DNA of 35,336 bases from Eubacteriales bacterium (GTDB lineage Bacteria > Bacillota > Clostridia > Oscillospirales > SIG627). Below, piece after piece: positions 1 through 9,294 of this stretch. Each line of letters starts with the position of its first letter. Within the stretch, counting starts at the first letter, position 1. Both the position numbers and the translations under genes were made by a program. The DNA lies in the NCBI GenBank assembly GCA_045595105.1, contig JAZNZV010000083.1, forward strand, positions 1-35,336, given 5' to 3'. A model generated the notes under the pieces. That model searched no databases, was not told the origin of the DNA, and saw only the letters and a program-made list of their open reading frames with translations.

Positions 1-134
1 CGAAGGTGGAGCAGTGTGCGACACCGAAGTGAGTCGTAGTGCTGACAAAAATTTCGTCGGAATTACATTTCTTCCTTTCAAGTAATAATTTACAAATAAA
101 AAAAGTAAAACTTATTAAAATTTTTGAAGGGGAG

Positions 135-172
135 TAAGAGGGGGAACTTTTTATAAAAAGTTCCCCCTCTTA
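135..172. repeat. Perfect 38-bp palindrome (REP-like)
   Basis: TAAGAGGGGGAACTTTTTA|TAAAAAGTTCCCCCTCTTA is self-complementary. Confidence 0.85.
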
Positions 173-175
173 ATA

Positions 176-211
176 CAAACAAAAAATCTCCGACGAAAGT
201 CGGAGATTTTT
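176..211 (-). terminator. Intrinsic terminator after tsf
   Basis: AAAAATCTCCGAC-loop-GTCGGAGATTTTT stem with a U-tract on the minus strand, about 10 nt after the tsf stop. Confidence 0.85.
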
Positions 212-221
212 GTTCATTTAA

Positions 222-1148
222 TTAGTTGCCTGCGAGCTGCTTTGCAATTTCTTCTGCAAAGTTCTCTTCCTTCTTTTCAAGGCCTTCGCCCTTTTCATAC
301 ATAAGGAATGCTTCAACCTTTACGGGTGCACCGAGTTCCTTTTCTACGCTGTTGAGATACTGTTCAACAGTGAACTTCTCTTCTTTAACGTACTCCTGAA
401 GAAGGAGACAGTTTGTAGAATAGTACTTGCCAAGCTTACCCATAGCCATCTTTTCGATGATGTTTTCGGGCTTGTTAGCATTCTTTTCATCATTCTTTAT
501 CTGAGCCATGATGATTTCCTTTTCAGCGTCGAGGACGCTTGCAGGAACGTCATCCTTGCCAAGGTAAGCGGGCTTCATAGCTGCGATCTGGAGAGCAACG
601 TTCTTTGCTGCTTCCTTGAATTCAGCCTTATCAGCTGCTGCGCTGTCAGCCATCTTAACCATAACACCGATAGAGCCCTTACCGTGAATGTAGGAAGCAA
701 TAGTTCCTTCAATGGTAACGAATCTTCTGATGTTGATGTTTTCGCCGATTTCAAATACCTTGTTCTTGAGAGCTGTCTCAACGTTCTGCTCTGCGTCAAA
801 GGGAAGAGCAAGGAGAGCTGCAACGTCTGCGGGCTTGTTCTTAAGGATGAGCTTAAGAAGGTCCTTAACGAATGCTCCGAACACTGCGTTTGATGCAGCA
901 AAGTCTGTTTCAATATTAACTTCGATCATAGCTGCAGTCTTAGTAGCCTCGTCGTACATAATGTCAACGATACCCTCTGCTGCGATTCTTGAGGACTTCT
1001 TGTCAGCAACTGCAAGTCCCTTCTCACGAAGGATCTTTATTGCTTCTTCTTCGTTTCCGTCAGCCTCTGTGAGTGCCTTCTTGCACTCCATCATGCCAAG
1101 ACCTGTCTTAGCTCTGAGGTCTGCAACCTGTTTTGCTGTAATAGGCAT
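222..1148 (-). CDS. tsf: Elongation factor Ts
   Basis: ITAKQVADLRAKTGLGMMECKKAL N-terminus, EVNIETDFA motif, directly downstream of rpsB. ATG at 1148 preferred over GTG at 1169 because of the family N-terminus. Confidence 0.97.
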   Translation of the reverse strand: MPITAKQVADLRAKTGLGMMECKKALTEADGNEEEAIKILREKGLAVADKKSSRIAAEGIVDIMYDEATKTAAMIEVNIETDFAASNAVFGAFVKDLLKLILKNKPADVAALLALPFDAEQNVETALKNKVFEIGENINIRRFVTIEGTIASYIHGKGSIGVMVKMADSAAADKAEFKEAAKNVALQIAAMKPAYLGKDDVPASVLDAEKEIIMAQIKNDEKNANKPENIIEKMAMGKLGKYYSTNCLLLQEYVKEEKFTVEQYLNSVEKELGAPVKVEAFLMYEKGEGLEKKEENFAEEIAKQLAGN

Positions 1149-1194
1149 ATTATTATACCGAGTTGCCACTTATGTGACAAACTGTCCTTTCTTT

Positions 1195-1315
1195 AATTTT
1201 TCGTCTTTTTCCGCAATACTTCGTTGTCATCGTCCTCCACTTCGTCACCTTACAGAAGTAAGGCTTCCTTGTGTCGTCCTCGACGCCTCGTCTTGCGAAA
1301 AAATACTTCAAAATT
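1195..1315 (-). repeat. Long imperfect purine-mismatch-rich hairpin element between rpsB and tsf
   Basis: Outer arms TTTTTCCGCAA (1206-1216) / TTGCGAAAAAA (1293-1303); central ACCTTAC-AGAA-GTAAGGC (1247-1264). Confidence 0.6.
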
Positions 1316-1346
1316 TGTATTATTCAGTGATGGTACTAATCAACAA

Positions 1347-2081
1347 TTATTCAGCGTCAGCTTCAGCTTCCTCTGCTTCTTCAGCAGGAGCAGCTTCCTC
1401 GCCCTGATGTCCTTCGATAACAGCGTTAGCTATTACGGAAGAGATGAGCTTGATTGCACGGATAGCGTCGTCGTTACCGGGGATTACGCAATCAATATCG
1501 TCGGGATCACAGTTTGTATCAACGATAGCGATGATCGGAATACCAAGCTTCTTAGCTTCTGCTACTGCATTTGCTTCCTTGCGAGGGTCAACAATGAAGA
1601 TAGCGTCGGGAAGAGTGGTCATTTCCTTGATACCGCCAAGGTTCTTTTCAAGGGTTTCCATTTCCTTTGTAAGTGCGATAACTTCCTTCTTGGGAAGAAG
1701 GTCGAAGGTGCCGTCCTCAGCAAACTTGTGAAGAGTGTTAAGTCTTGCAATGCTCTTCTTGATAGTCTTGAAGTTTGTGAGCATACCGCCGGGCCAACGA
1801 GCGTTTACGAAGTACATACCAGCTCTGAGTGCTTCATCCTTGATAGCGTCCTGAGCCTGCTTCTTTGTTCCTACAAAGAGGATAGAGCCGCCTTCCTGAG
1901 CTGCTTCATGAACGAAGTTGTAAGCTTCCTCAACCTTCTTTACTGTCTTCTGAAGGTCGATGATGTAGATGCCGTTACGCTCGGTAAAGATGTACTCTGC
2001 CATCTTGGGGTTCCATCTTCTTGTCTGATGTCCGAAATGAACACCTGCTTCAAGAAGCTGTTTCATAGAAATTACTGACAT
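1347..2081 (-). CDS. rpsB: 30S ribosomal protein S2
   Basis: [22 protein letters not shown] and [11 protein letters not shown] motifs; AAGGAGG SD. Confidence 0.99.
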   Translation of the reverse strand: MSVISMKQLLEAGVHFGHQTRRWNPKMAEYIFTERNGIYIIDLQKTVKKVEEAYNFVHEAAQEGGSILFVGTKKQAQDAIKDEALRAGMYFVNARWPGGMLTNFKTIKKSIARLNTLHKFAEDGTFDLLPKKEVIALTKEMETLEKNLGGIKEMTTLPDAIFIVDPRKEANAVAEAKKLGIPIIAIVDTNCDPDDIDCVIPGNDDAIRAIKLISSVIANAVIEGHQGEEAAPAEEAEEAEADAE

Positions 2082-2186
2082 TTTAAATGTCCTCCTTAAA
2101 GTTTTTTACCACCACAGAAGCTCCTCTACGGGACATACCAAAGGGTACGAACTGCCGTATATACACCCCTGTGTGTGTATTTTTGC
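2082..2186 (-). ncRNA. rpsB 5' leader (probable S2 autoregulatory RNA)
   Basis: ACACACAC at the 5' end; CACAGGGG (2173-2166) pairs with CUUCUGUG (2120-2113); inner UACGG/CCGUA stem; located between promoter and SD. Confidence 0.7.
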
Positions 2187-2192
2187 CGATAT

Positions 2193-2221
2193 AGTATAGC
2201 ACACCCCCCTGACTTTTTCAA
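2193..2221 (-). promoter_or_regulatory. SigA promoter of rpsB-tsf
   Basis: TTGAAA-17 nt-TATACT with extended TG. Confidence 0.8.
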
Positions 2222-2264
2222 GAGTGTGTGCCAAAAAACAACAATGTTTACAAAAAGTTCACAT

Positions 2265-3083
2265 TTAACTGCGAAGTCCTTTAACGAGAAGCTTCACGTC
2301 CATGTATTTTGATGCATTGTCGTAGTAGATGTGACCTTTGTCGATAATGAGGAGTGCAAGGTCTGCGTCTGCCTTTATTGCCGAGCGGTTGGGGGTAGTG
2401 GCAATAGCAACGGTAAGGTCTTCGCTCTCCAAAGAAATAGAGAAATGAGCCTCCGAGTAAGAGGAAAGCTTATTCTTGACAACAAAACGTGTTTCGGGAG
2501 TAACCATAACGTTTTCGTTCTTATCGAAAGCACCCTTGCCGAAGGTTTTATATACCTTTGCCCTCATGTTAAGAGGGAAGGAAACGGCAGTTTCAAAAGC
2601 GTTCTCCTCTACCTTTATGCCCTTGATTATACCGGCGTATTCTTCGGGAAGTCTCTCGGCGGAATCGAAGATGTCCTTAATTATCTTATCTTTAGTGAGG
2701 GTTTCGTATATCTTCATCATCTTGCCCTGGAGCTGACCGTTTGACGATGCCCAGCGGTCAATGTCACGGTAGGACACGCCGTTTTTCTCATCAATGAGGG
2801 ATTCGAATATCATCTCACGGGTAGATGCCACCATATCGAAATACTTCATAGTGCCATAAAAGTAACGGCATTCAAAGGCGGTTATCGCTTTTTTCTTACT
2901 AAGGGTGAGAGCCTCTCTTTTCTCTGCCATTTCTTCGGGAGAAAGGGCTTTGTCGGCATAGAGAGAAAACTGAACGCCCTCTTTTTCGCCAAGAGCTATT
3001 TCATAAAGCTGTTTTTCCGTCATTTCGGGGTAAATGCCCGAAAGCCTTTCAAGGTCGGCTGTTTCTATCTTGATTTCTTTCAT
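2265..3083 (-). CDS. Hypothetical protein
   Basis: Long ORF with its own promoter; AAAGGT SD before ATG 3083 (MKEIKIE); no family recognised. Confidence 0.8.
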   Translation of the reverse strand: MKEIKIETADLERLSGIYPEMTEKQLYEIALGEKEGVQFSLYADKALSPEEMAEKREALTLSKKKAITAFECRYFYGTMKYFDMVASTREMIFESLIDEKNGVSYRDIDRWASSNGQLQGKMMKIYETLTKDKIIKDIFDSAERLPEEYAGIIKGIKVEENAFETAVSFPLNMRAKVYKTFGKGAFDKNENVMVTPETRFVVKNKLSSYSEAHFSISLESEDLTVAIATTPNRSAIKADADLALLIIDKGHIYYDNASKYMDVKLLVKGLRS

Positions 3084-3115
3084 CTTTAGTTTACCTTTTC
3101 TTAGAATAGTAACTA

Positions 3116-3144
3116 ATTTTAGCACATCTTTTTTACAATGTCAA
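3116..3144 (-). promoter_or_regulatory. SigA promoter of the hypothetical gene
   Basis: TTGACA-17-TAAAAT with extended TG. Confidence 0.8.
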
Positions 3145-3160
3145 GGAATGCATAAATTTA

Positions 3161-3189
3161 TTGACAATTACTTGTAAATAATATAAAAT
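3161..3189 (+). promoter_or_regulatory. SigA promoter of the M16 peptidase-lgt-folD operon
   Basis: TTGACA-17-TAAAAT, back-to-back with the minus-strand promoter. Confidence 0.8.
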
Positions 3190-3218
3190 ATAGAGAAGAA
3201 AAGGAGTGAATCAAGTTC

Positions 3219-4481
3219 ATGATTGAAAAGAGAAAAACGGCGATTGCAGAGGGCGTCGCTCTTCACTATATAAACGACTTAAAATATAAGACCAACTATT
3301 TGAATATATATTTTTCACTGCCTCTCACAAGTGAGAATACTACCAAAATGAGCCTTCTTGCCAAGGTTATGAAAAGGGGAAGCACAACTTATCCAACAAT
3401 GGCAAGTCTTAACTCTGCCCTTGATATGAATTATTCCTCGGGCATAACTCTCACCTCCTCAAAGGAAGGGGAGACGGCGGTGTTTATTGTGGGTGTTTCC
3501 ACCTTGAAAAATGATTTTGCTCTTGAAGGCGAGGATATATTTGAAAAGGCGCTTGACGTAGCCTTCGACCTTATTATGAACCCTTTGACAAAAGACGGCA
3601 AGTTCAATGAAGAGTATTTTGAAAGCGAAAAGAAAAATCTCCGTGACTCCATTCTTTCACAAATAAACAATAAAGCGGCTTACGCACGCATGCGCTTTAT
3701 TTCTGCTATGTGTCAGGGTGAGCCCTACGCCGTTAACGGGGAAGGTGATATAGAAATTCTCGAAAAGACCGATAACGCAGAGCTTTTTGAATTCTGGAAA
3801 TATCTTTTGAAGTGTGCTGACTGCCACGTTTATTTCGTAGGAAACGAAAAAGAGGAAAGAGTCGGGGCTTTACTCCGTTCAAGATTTGAAAAGACATTAA
3901 GACAGCCTGTTTCTATCCCTGAGGTTCAAGTCATTGTTGAAGAGAATAACAAGAACGTAACCGAAGCACTCGATATTGCGCAAGCGCATCTCTTTGTGGG
4001 CTTCAGAACTCCCGTCACCTATTCTCATCCCGATTATCTGAAGTTTGTTCTTCTCAATATGGTTCTCGGTGGCGACGTATCAAGTAAAATGTTTATGAAT
4101 TTAAGAGAGAAGATGTCTCTTTGCTATACATGTTATTCCTCTCTTGACGGCAGTAAGGGAATACTTATGGCATATGCGGGTATCGACCCCGAAAACAAAG
4201 AAAAAACGCTTGACGCCTTTTATAAGGAGCTTGACAATATAAAAGAAGGAAAGGTGAGCGTGGATGAGATAGAGGATGCAAAAAAAGCCTACGTTAACCG
4301 TATGCGTGAAATTGCAGATAACCCATCTCTTCTTCCTGCATGGTTCCATTTAAGACTGTCAGCTCCGGACCGTGACCCCTCACTTGATGCAGAGGAGATA
4401 AACAGGCTTACTCTTGACGACGTAGTTTGGGCAGCTAAGAACATAAAACTTGACACTGTGTACTTTCTTACGAAAAAGTAA
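3219..4481 (+). CDS. M16 (insulinase) family protein, non-catalytic subunit, YmfF-like
   Basis: Lacks HxxEH; has SKMFMNLREKMSLCY motif; paired with the downstream active M16 gene. Confidence 0.85.
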   Translation: MIEKRKTAIAEGVALHYINDLKYKTNYLNIYFSLPLTSENTTKMSLLAKVMKRGSTTYPTMASLNSALDMNYSSGITLTSSKEGETAVFIVGVSTLKNDFALEGEDIFEKALDVAFDLIMNPLTKDGKFNEEYFESEKKNLRDSILSQINNKAAYARMRFISAMCQGEPYAVNGEGDIEILEKTDNAELFEFWKYLLKCADCHVYFVGNEKEERVGALLRSRFEKTLRQPVSIPEVQVIVEENNKNVTEALDIAQAHLFVGFRTPVTYSHPDYLKFVLLNMVLGGDVSSKMFMNLREKMSLCYTCYSSLDGSKGILMAYAGIDPENKEKTLDAFYKELDNIKEGKVSVDEIEDAKKAYVNRMREIADNPSLLPAWFHLRLSAPDRDPSLDAEEINRLTLDDVVWAAKNIKLDTVYFLTKK

Positions 4482-4495
4482 TAAAAGGTGATAAA

Positions 4496-5794
4496 ATGAA
4501 TTTTACAAAATATACAAACGAACGTCTTGGAGAGAGCTATTATAAGGGTGTTCACGAAAGTGGGCTTGAGGTTATTGTTATCCCCAAGGACCAGATGACA
4601 GCCTATGCTCTTTTTGCTACACGTTACGGCTCTATGGACAATACCTTCAAGACCAAGAAGGACGGCGACTATATCACCGTGCCCGACGGAATAGCACATT
4701 TTCTTGAGCACAAGCTCTTTGAAAACGACGACGGAACAGATACCTTTTCACGCTTTGCAGGGCTTGGAGCCTCTGCCAACGCATATACCTCCAACGAGAT
4801 GACCGCTTATCTTTTCTCGGCTACCGAGAATTACTACGAGTCACTTGAGGTGCTTCTCGACTTTGTCACTCACCCCTATTTCACCGAAAAGACAGTAGAA
4901 AAGGAAATGGGTATAATCGAGCAGGAGCTTAGAATGTACGAGGACAACCCATACCGCTGGATGTATCAAGCATTGCAGAATGCTCTCTACGTGAATAATC
5001 CCGAGAGAATACCCGTGGGGGGAACGGTAGAGTCTATACACGAGATTACCGCCGAAATCCTTTACGATTGCTATAACACCTTCTACAACCTTAACAATAT
5101 GGTGCTCGTCCTTTGCGGTGACGTCCTGCCAGAAAAGGTTGCAGAGGTTATGGATAAGACCCTTAAGAAGAGCCCTGACTCCTTTATCGAAAAGAAGCTC
5201 GTTGACGAGCCGAGAAGGGTAAACGAGGAGCTGGTGGAAAAGTCTTTCCCCGTCTCACGTCCTATGTTCAGCATCGGACTTAAGGAAACCGACTTTACCG
5301 ATGACGGCGACTTGTATATCAAACGTGAGTTTGAGCACTCCATTATATCCGAAATACTTTTCGGAAAATCCTCGGACTTTTATACAAAGCTTTATTCAAG
5401 CGGACTTATCAATCAGAAGTTCGGTACGGGCTATTATGCCTCAAAATCCTTTGCCCATTTTATTGCTTCGGGTGAAAGTGATGACCCGAGAGAGGTATTC
5501 CGCCTTATGAAGGACGAAATAAATCTTTTCAGAAATGGCGAAAAGAAGATAGACAAAACAGATTTTGAAAGAGCGAAAAAGGTGCTTTACGCCGCATCGG
5601 TGCAGGCGTGGAATTCTACCTCAGATATTGCCGAGACCTTCCTCGATTACTACCTTGCAGGAGCGGATATGTTAAGGCTTCCCGAGGTGCTTTCTTCTAT
5701 AACTCTCGATGACGTAAAAGCAAGACTTGAAAAATCTTACGATACAAGCCTTATGTCAATGGCAGTAGCAATGCCCGAAAAAGTAAAGGAGTAA
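4496..5794 (+). CDS. M16 zinc peptidase, YmfH-like
   Basis: PDGIAHFLEHKLFE (HxxEH), ANAYTS, EKEMGIIEQE. Confidence 0.92.
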   Translation: MNFTKYTNERLGESYYKGVHESGLEVIVIPKDQMTAYALFATRYGSMDNTFKTKKDGDYITVPDGIAHFLEHKLFENDDGTDTFSRFAGLGASANAYTSNEMTAYLFSATENYYESLEVLLDFVTHPYFTEKTVEKEMGIIEQELRMYEDNPYRWMYQALQNALYVNNPERIPVGGTVESIHEITAEILYDCYNTFYNLNNMVLVLCGDVLPEKVAEVMDKTLKKSPDSFIEKKLVDEPRRVNEELVEKSFPVSRPMFSIGLKETDFTDDGDLYIKREFEHSIISEILFGKSSDFYTKLYSSGLINQKFGTGYYASKSFAHFIASGESDDPREVFRLMKDEINLFRNGEKKIDKTDFERAKKVLYAASVQAWNSTSDIAETFLDYYLAGADMLRLPEVLSSITLDDVKARLEKSYDTSLMSMAVAMPEKVKE

Positions 5795-5796
5795 AA

Positions 5797-6633
5797 ATGT
5801 CACATTGGATATCTTTTCCCGGACTTGGTATTGAGCCCTTCAAAATAGACCCCGTTGCCTTTAATCTCTTTGGCAGAGACGTTATGTGGTACGGAGTAAT
5901 CCTTACCACAGGTATCATTCTTGCGGTACTCTATGCTTGGCAGATGGCGAAGAAGTCGGGCATAGATGAGGACACCTTTTTCAATCTTGTGCTCTTCCTC
6001 ATTCCTATTTCCATCATCTGTGCACGCCTTTACTACGTTATTTTCGACCCAACCCCAAACTACCATAGCTTCATTGACGTCATTGCAATATGGCGAGGTG
6101 GAATAGGAATTTACGGTGCAGTAATAGGTGGCGCTTTAACAGCCATAGTTTTTGCAAAGGTCACAAAGCTCAAGCTTTCCACTCTCCTTGACTGTCTCGC
6201 TCCTGCGGTTATGATAGGACAGATTGTGGGGCGTTGGGGCAACTTTGTCAATGCCGAGGCTCACGGCTCGGTGACCGACCTTCCTTGGAGAATGGGGATA
6301 GCACCTTATATGGAGGGCAGAGAGTATTCCGAGATTTATACGTCTTACTATCACCCTACCTTTCTCTATGAATCTCTCTGGAACTTACTCGGATTTTTAA
6401 TTATACATTTTATTTTGAGAAAGAAAAAGACCTTTGAAGGTGAGCTTGCACTTTTCTATCTTGCATGGTATGGACTTGGACGTGGCTTTATCGAGCTTCT
6501 TCGTACCGACAGCCTCAGGATTTTAGGCTTTAAGGTATCGGCTCTTGTGGGCTTCTTGTCAGCGATAGTGTTTGGTACAATACTTGTTATAATGAAAATG
6601 AAGCATTCAAAAATGCAGAATTCAGAGTTATGA
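5797..6633 (+). CDS. lgt: Prolipoprotein diacylglyceryl transferase
   Basis: WYGVI, ARLYYV, GRWGNFVNAE, HPTFLYES, ELLRTD motifs. Confidence 0.96.
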   Translation: MSHWISFPGLGIEPFKIDPVAFNLFGRDVMWYGVILTTGIILAVLYAWQMAKKSGIDEDTFFNLVLFLIPISIICARLYYVIFDPTPNYHSFIDVIAIWRGGIGIYGAVIGGALTAIVFAKVTKLKLSTLLDCLAPAVMIGQIVGRWGNFVNAEAHGSVTDLPWRMGIAPYMEGREYSEIYTSYYHPTFLYESLWNLLGFLIIHFILRKKKTFEGELALFYLAWYGLGRGFIELLRTDSLRILGFKVSALVGFLSAIVFGTILVIMKMKHSKMQNSEL

Positions 6634-6675
6634 ATGCAGTTTTTTGCATTTTGCATTAACTAAAAGGAGAAATAT

Positions 6676-7527
6676 ATGGCAGTAATACTTGACGGAAAGC
6701 TTACCTCAGCTAAGGTAAGACAAAGAATAAAAGCGGAGGTTGACGCACTCCCCGAGGGAGCAAGACGTCCGGGACTTGCAGTGGTTATCGTAGGTGACGA
6801 CCCTGCCTCACACGTGTACGTGAGAAACAAGAAGAAGGGCTGTGAGGAGGTGGGCTTTTTATCCCGTGAATACGCATTGCCCGAAAGCACTACCGAAGAG
6901 GAGCTTATAGCTCTTGTAGAGGAGCTCAACGGTGACAGCGAAATAGACGGAATACTTGTGCAGTTGCCCCTTCCCCGTCATCTTGACGACAAGAAGGTCA
7001 TTGAGCACATTGACCCATCAAAGGACGTTGACGCCTTTTCTTATCACAACGTGGGAAGAATTACGGTAGGAGATTATGACTTTCTTCCCTGTACTCCTGC
7101 AGGCGTTATGGAGCTTCTTCATGAATATAATATAGACGTTTCGGGCAAGAATGCAGTAGTAGTCGGAAGAAGTAATATAGTAGGTAAGCCTCAGGCGCTC
7201 TTACTCCTTCAGGCAAATGCAACCGTAACCGTGGCTCACTCCAAGACTCAGAACCTTGCCGAAGTAACAAGAGGTGCCGATATACTTGTTGTGGCTATCG
7301 GAAAGGCGAAGTTTGTCACATCCGATATGGTAAAGGAAGGCGCTGTTGTCATTGACGTTGGAATGGACAGAGACGAGAACGGCAAGCTTTGCGGAGACGT
7401 GGATTTTGAAGGGGTTTGCGAAAAGGCATCCTATATTACCCCTGTTCCAGGCGGTGTAGGACCTATGACCATAACCGAGCTACTCAAGAACACACTTACC
7501 TCGTATAAGAGAAGAAATAATATTTAA
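6676..7527 (+). CDS. folD: Methylenetetrahydrofolate dehydrogenase/cyclohydrolase
   Basis: [41 protein letters not shown]. Confidence 0.98.
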   Translation: MAVILDGKLTSAKVRQRIKAEVDALPEGARRPGLAVVIVGDDPASHVYVRNKKKGCEEVGFLSREYALPESTTEEELIALVEELNGDSEIDGILVQLPLPRHLDDKKVIEHIDPSKDVDAFSYHNVGRITVGDYDFLPCTPAGVMELLHEYNIDVSGKNAVVVGRSNIVGKPQALLLLQANATVTVAHSKTQNLAEVTRGADILVVAIGKAKFVTSDMVKEGAVVIDVGMDRDENGKLCGDVDFEGVCEKASYITPVPGGVGPMTITELLKNTLTSYKRRNNI

Positions 7528-7535
7528 GGATTTTT

Positions 7536-8399
7536 ATGCACGGGATTTTACACATTTTTTTACATGCTTTGAAGCATACTTTGAAGGACGGAATATCACT
7601 TTTGCCTTTCTTGTTCCTTACATATTTTTTGATGGAGCTAATAGAGCACACCTCAAAGGATAAGGCAAAGGCGTTTATTTCATCTTCGGGAAGATTCGGT
7701 CCCTTGGTGGGAGGGGTGCTGGGCACACTGCCACAATGCGGATTTTCGGCGGCAATAGCGGGGCTTTATTCGGGAAGAGTAATAACTCTTGGAACGCTCT
7801 TCGCTATCTTTCTGTCTACCTCCGACGAGATGCTCCCCATAATGATTTCAAATAAATTCCCCATAAGCTCTGTTGCAACTGTTATCGTGGCAAAGGCTCT
7901 TATAGGTATCGTTGTGGGATTTCTTGTAGATATACTTTTGAAGAGAAAAAGCAGTGCCGACAGTATTACTCATATCTGTGAGGACGAGGGCTGTCACTGT
8001 GAAGAGGGCGTTTTGCGTTCTGCTCTTCACCATACATTAAGCGTGTTTTTATTTATAATTGCCGTAGGCTTTATTCTTGAATCGGTGATAGGAATTGTGG
8101 GAGAGGACCTTCTCGCTTCTCTTATTTCGGGAGCACCCATAATTTCTAATATAGTTGCCGCAACCATAGGGCTTATCCCTAACTGTGCCGCATCGGTAGT
8201 AATAACCGAGCTTTATATCGAGGGCATAATATCGGCGGGCGCTATGATGTCGGGACTCCTTGTAGGGGCGGGCATGGGAACTCTCGTGCTTTTCAGAACC
8301 AACAAAAATTTAAAGGAAAACCTTTTGATTTTAGTTTCCCTTTGGGCTATTGGCGCACTCTCGGGAGTGCTTCTCGATACAGTGGGATTTCACGTATAA
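7536..8399 (+). CDS. Putative metal/metalloid permease (ArsP_2/DUF2899-like)
   Basis: Multi-TM protein with duplicated PQCGFS / PNCAAS motifs, STSDE and a His/Cys loop HICEDEGCHCEE. Confidence 0.7.
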   Translation: MHGILHIFLHALKHTLKDGISLLPFLFLTYFLMELIEHTSKDKAKAFISSSGRFGPLVGGVLGTLPQCGFSAAIAGLYSGRVITLGTLFAIFLSTSDEMLPIMISNKFPISSVATVIVAKALIGIVVGFLVDILLKRKSSADSITHICEDEGCHCEEGVLRSALHHTLSVFLFIIAVGFILESVIGIVGEDLLASLISGAPIISNIVAATIGLIPNCAASVVITELYIEGIISAGAMMSGLLVGAGMGTLVLFRTNKNLKENLLILVSLWAIGALSGVLLDTVGFHV

Positions 8400-8414
8400 A
8401 AAGGAAGTGTAAAT

Positions 8415-9248
8415 TTGAAGCATCAGATAAAAAAAGTAATAGCCGCCCACGACCTATCGGGGCTTGGCAGATGCTCTTTGTCAGCCGTAATGCCTATCCT
8501 TTCGGTTATGGGCATACAGGCGGTAGCCCTGCCCACAGCAATACTTTCTACTCAAACCGACGGATATGAAAATTTCACCTTTCACGATATTACCGACGGT
8601 ATAGAGGACTATTTTAACCACCTTATTTCACACACCGACGCTTTTGACGCTTTTTACAGCGGATTTCTCGGCTCGTCAGAGCAGATAGATAAAATTTGCC
8701 ACATGACCGAGAGAGTAAAGGACAAAATGACGGTGCTCGTTGACCCCGTTATGGGAGACGGTGGAGAATACTATTCCACGTATAACGAAGAAATGAGTGA
8801 GGGCATGAGGCGTCTTATAAAGAATGCTCACATAATCGTGCCCAATATAACCGAGGCGTCCTTTCTCCTTTCTGAGGAGCCAAAGGAAAAGTATAGTGAC
8901 GAAGACGTAAAAAGCTATGTGAAAAGGCTTTCCCACATGACGGGAGGGTCGGTGGTGATAACGGGAATAAAGGGGAAGGGAAGCGTTTCTTCTGCCTTTT
9001 CCTCCGACGGAGGGATAACCGTTGGCTTTCAGGAAAATCACAGTCTTGACTGCCACTATCCAGGAACGGGAGATATATTTGCGTCTGTTATGCTGGGCGC
9101 TCTTCTCAACGGCAAAAATTTAAGCTCGGCTGTAAAACAGAGCGCTGAATTTGTAAAAGAGGTTATGGAATACTCCGCAGGGTTCGATTATCCCAAACGA
9201 GAGGGAGTACTTCTCGAAGCAAAACTTTCAAAGCTTATGAATTTTTAA
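8415..9248 (+). CDS. pdxK: Pyridoxal/pyridoxamine kinase
   Basis: HDLSGLGRCSL, DPVMGD, PNITEA, YPGTGDIFAS; TTG start. Confidence 0.85.
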   Translation: MKHQIKKVIAAHDLSGLGRCSLSAVMPILSVMGIQAVALPTAILSTQTDGYENFTFHDITDGIEDYFNHLISHTDAFDAFYSGFLGSSEQIDKICHMTERVKDKMTVLVDPVMGDGGEYYSTYNEEMSEGMRRLIKNAHIIVPNITEASFLLSEEPKEKYSDEDVKSYVKRLSHMTGGSVVITGIKGKGSVSSAFSSDGGITVGFQENHSLDCHYPGTGDIFASVMLGALLNGKNLSSAVKQSAEFVKEVMEYSAGFDYPKREGVLLEAKLSKLMNF

Positions 9249-9294
9249 GGGCTTTTCATCATAGACTTTTAAAAAACGAAAAGGAAGATTTATT

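Noticed and set aside
712-2078. Long plus-strand ORFs 712..1407 and 1224..2078
   Set aside because: Antisense shadows of tsf/rpsB without SD or recognisable motifs
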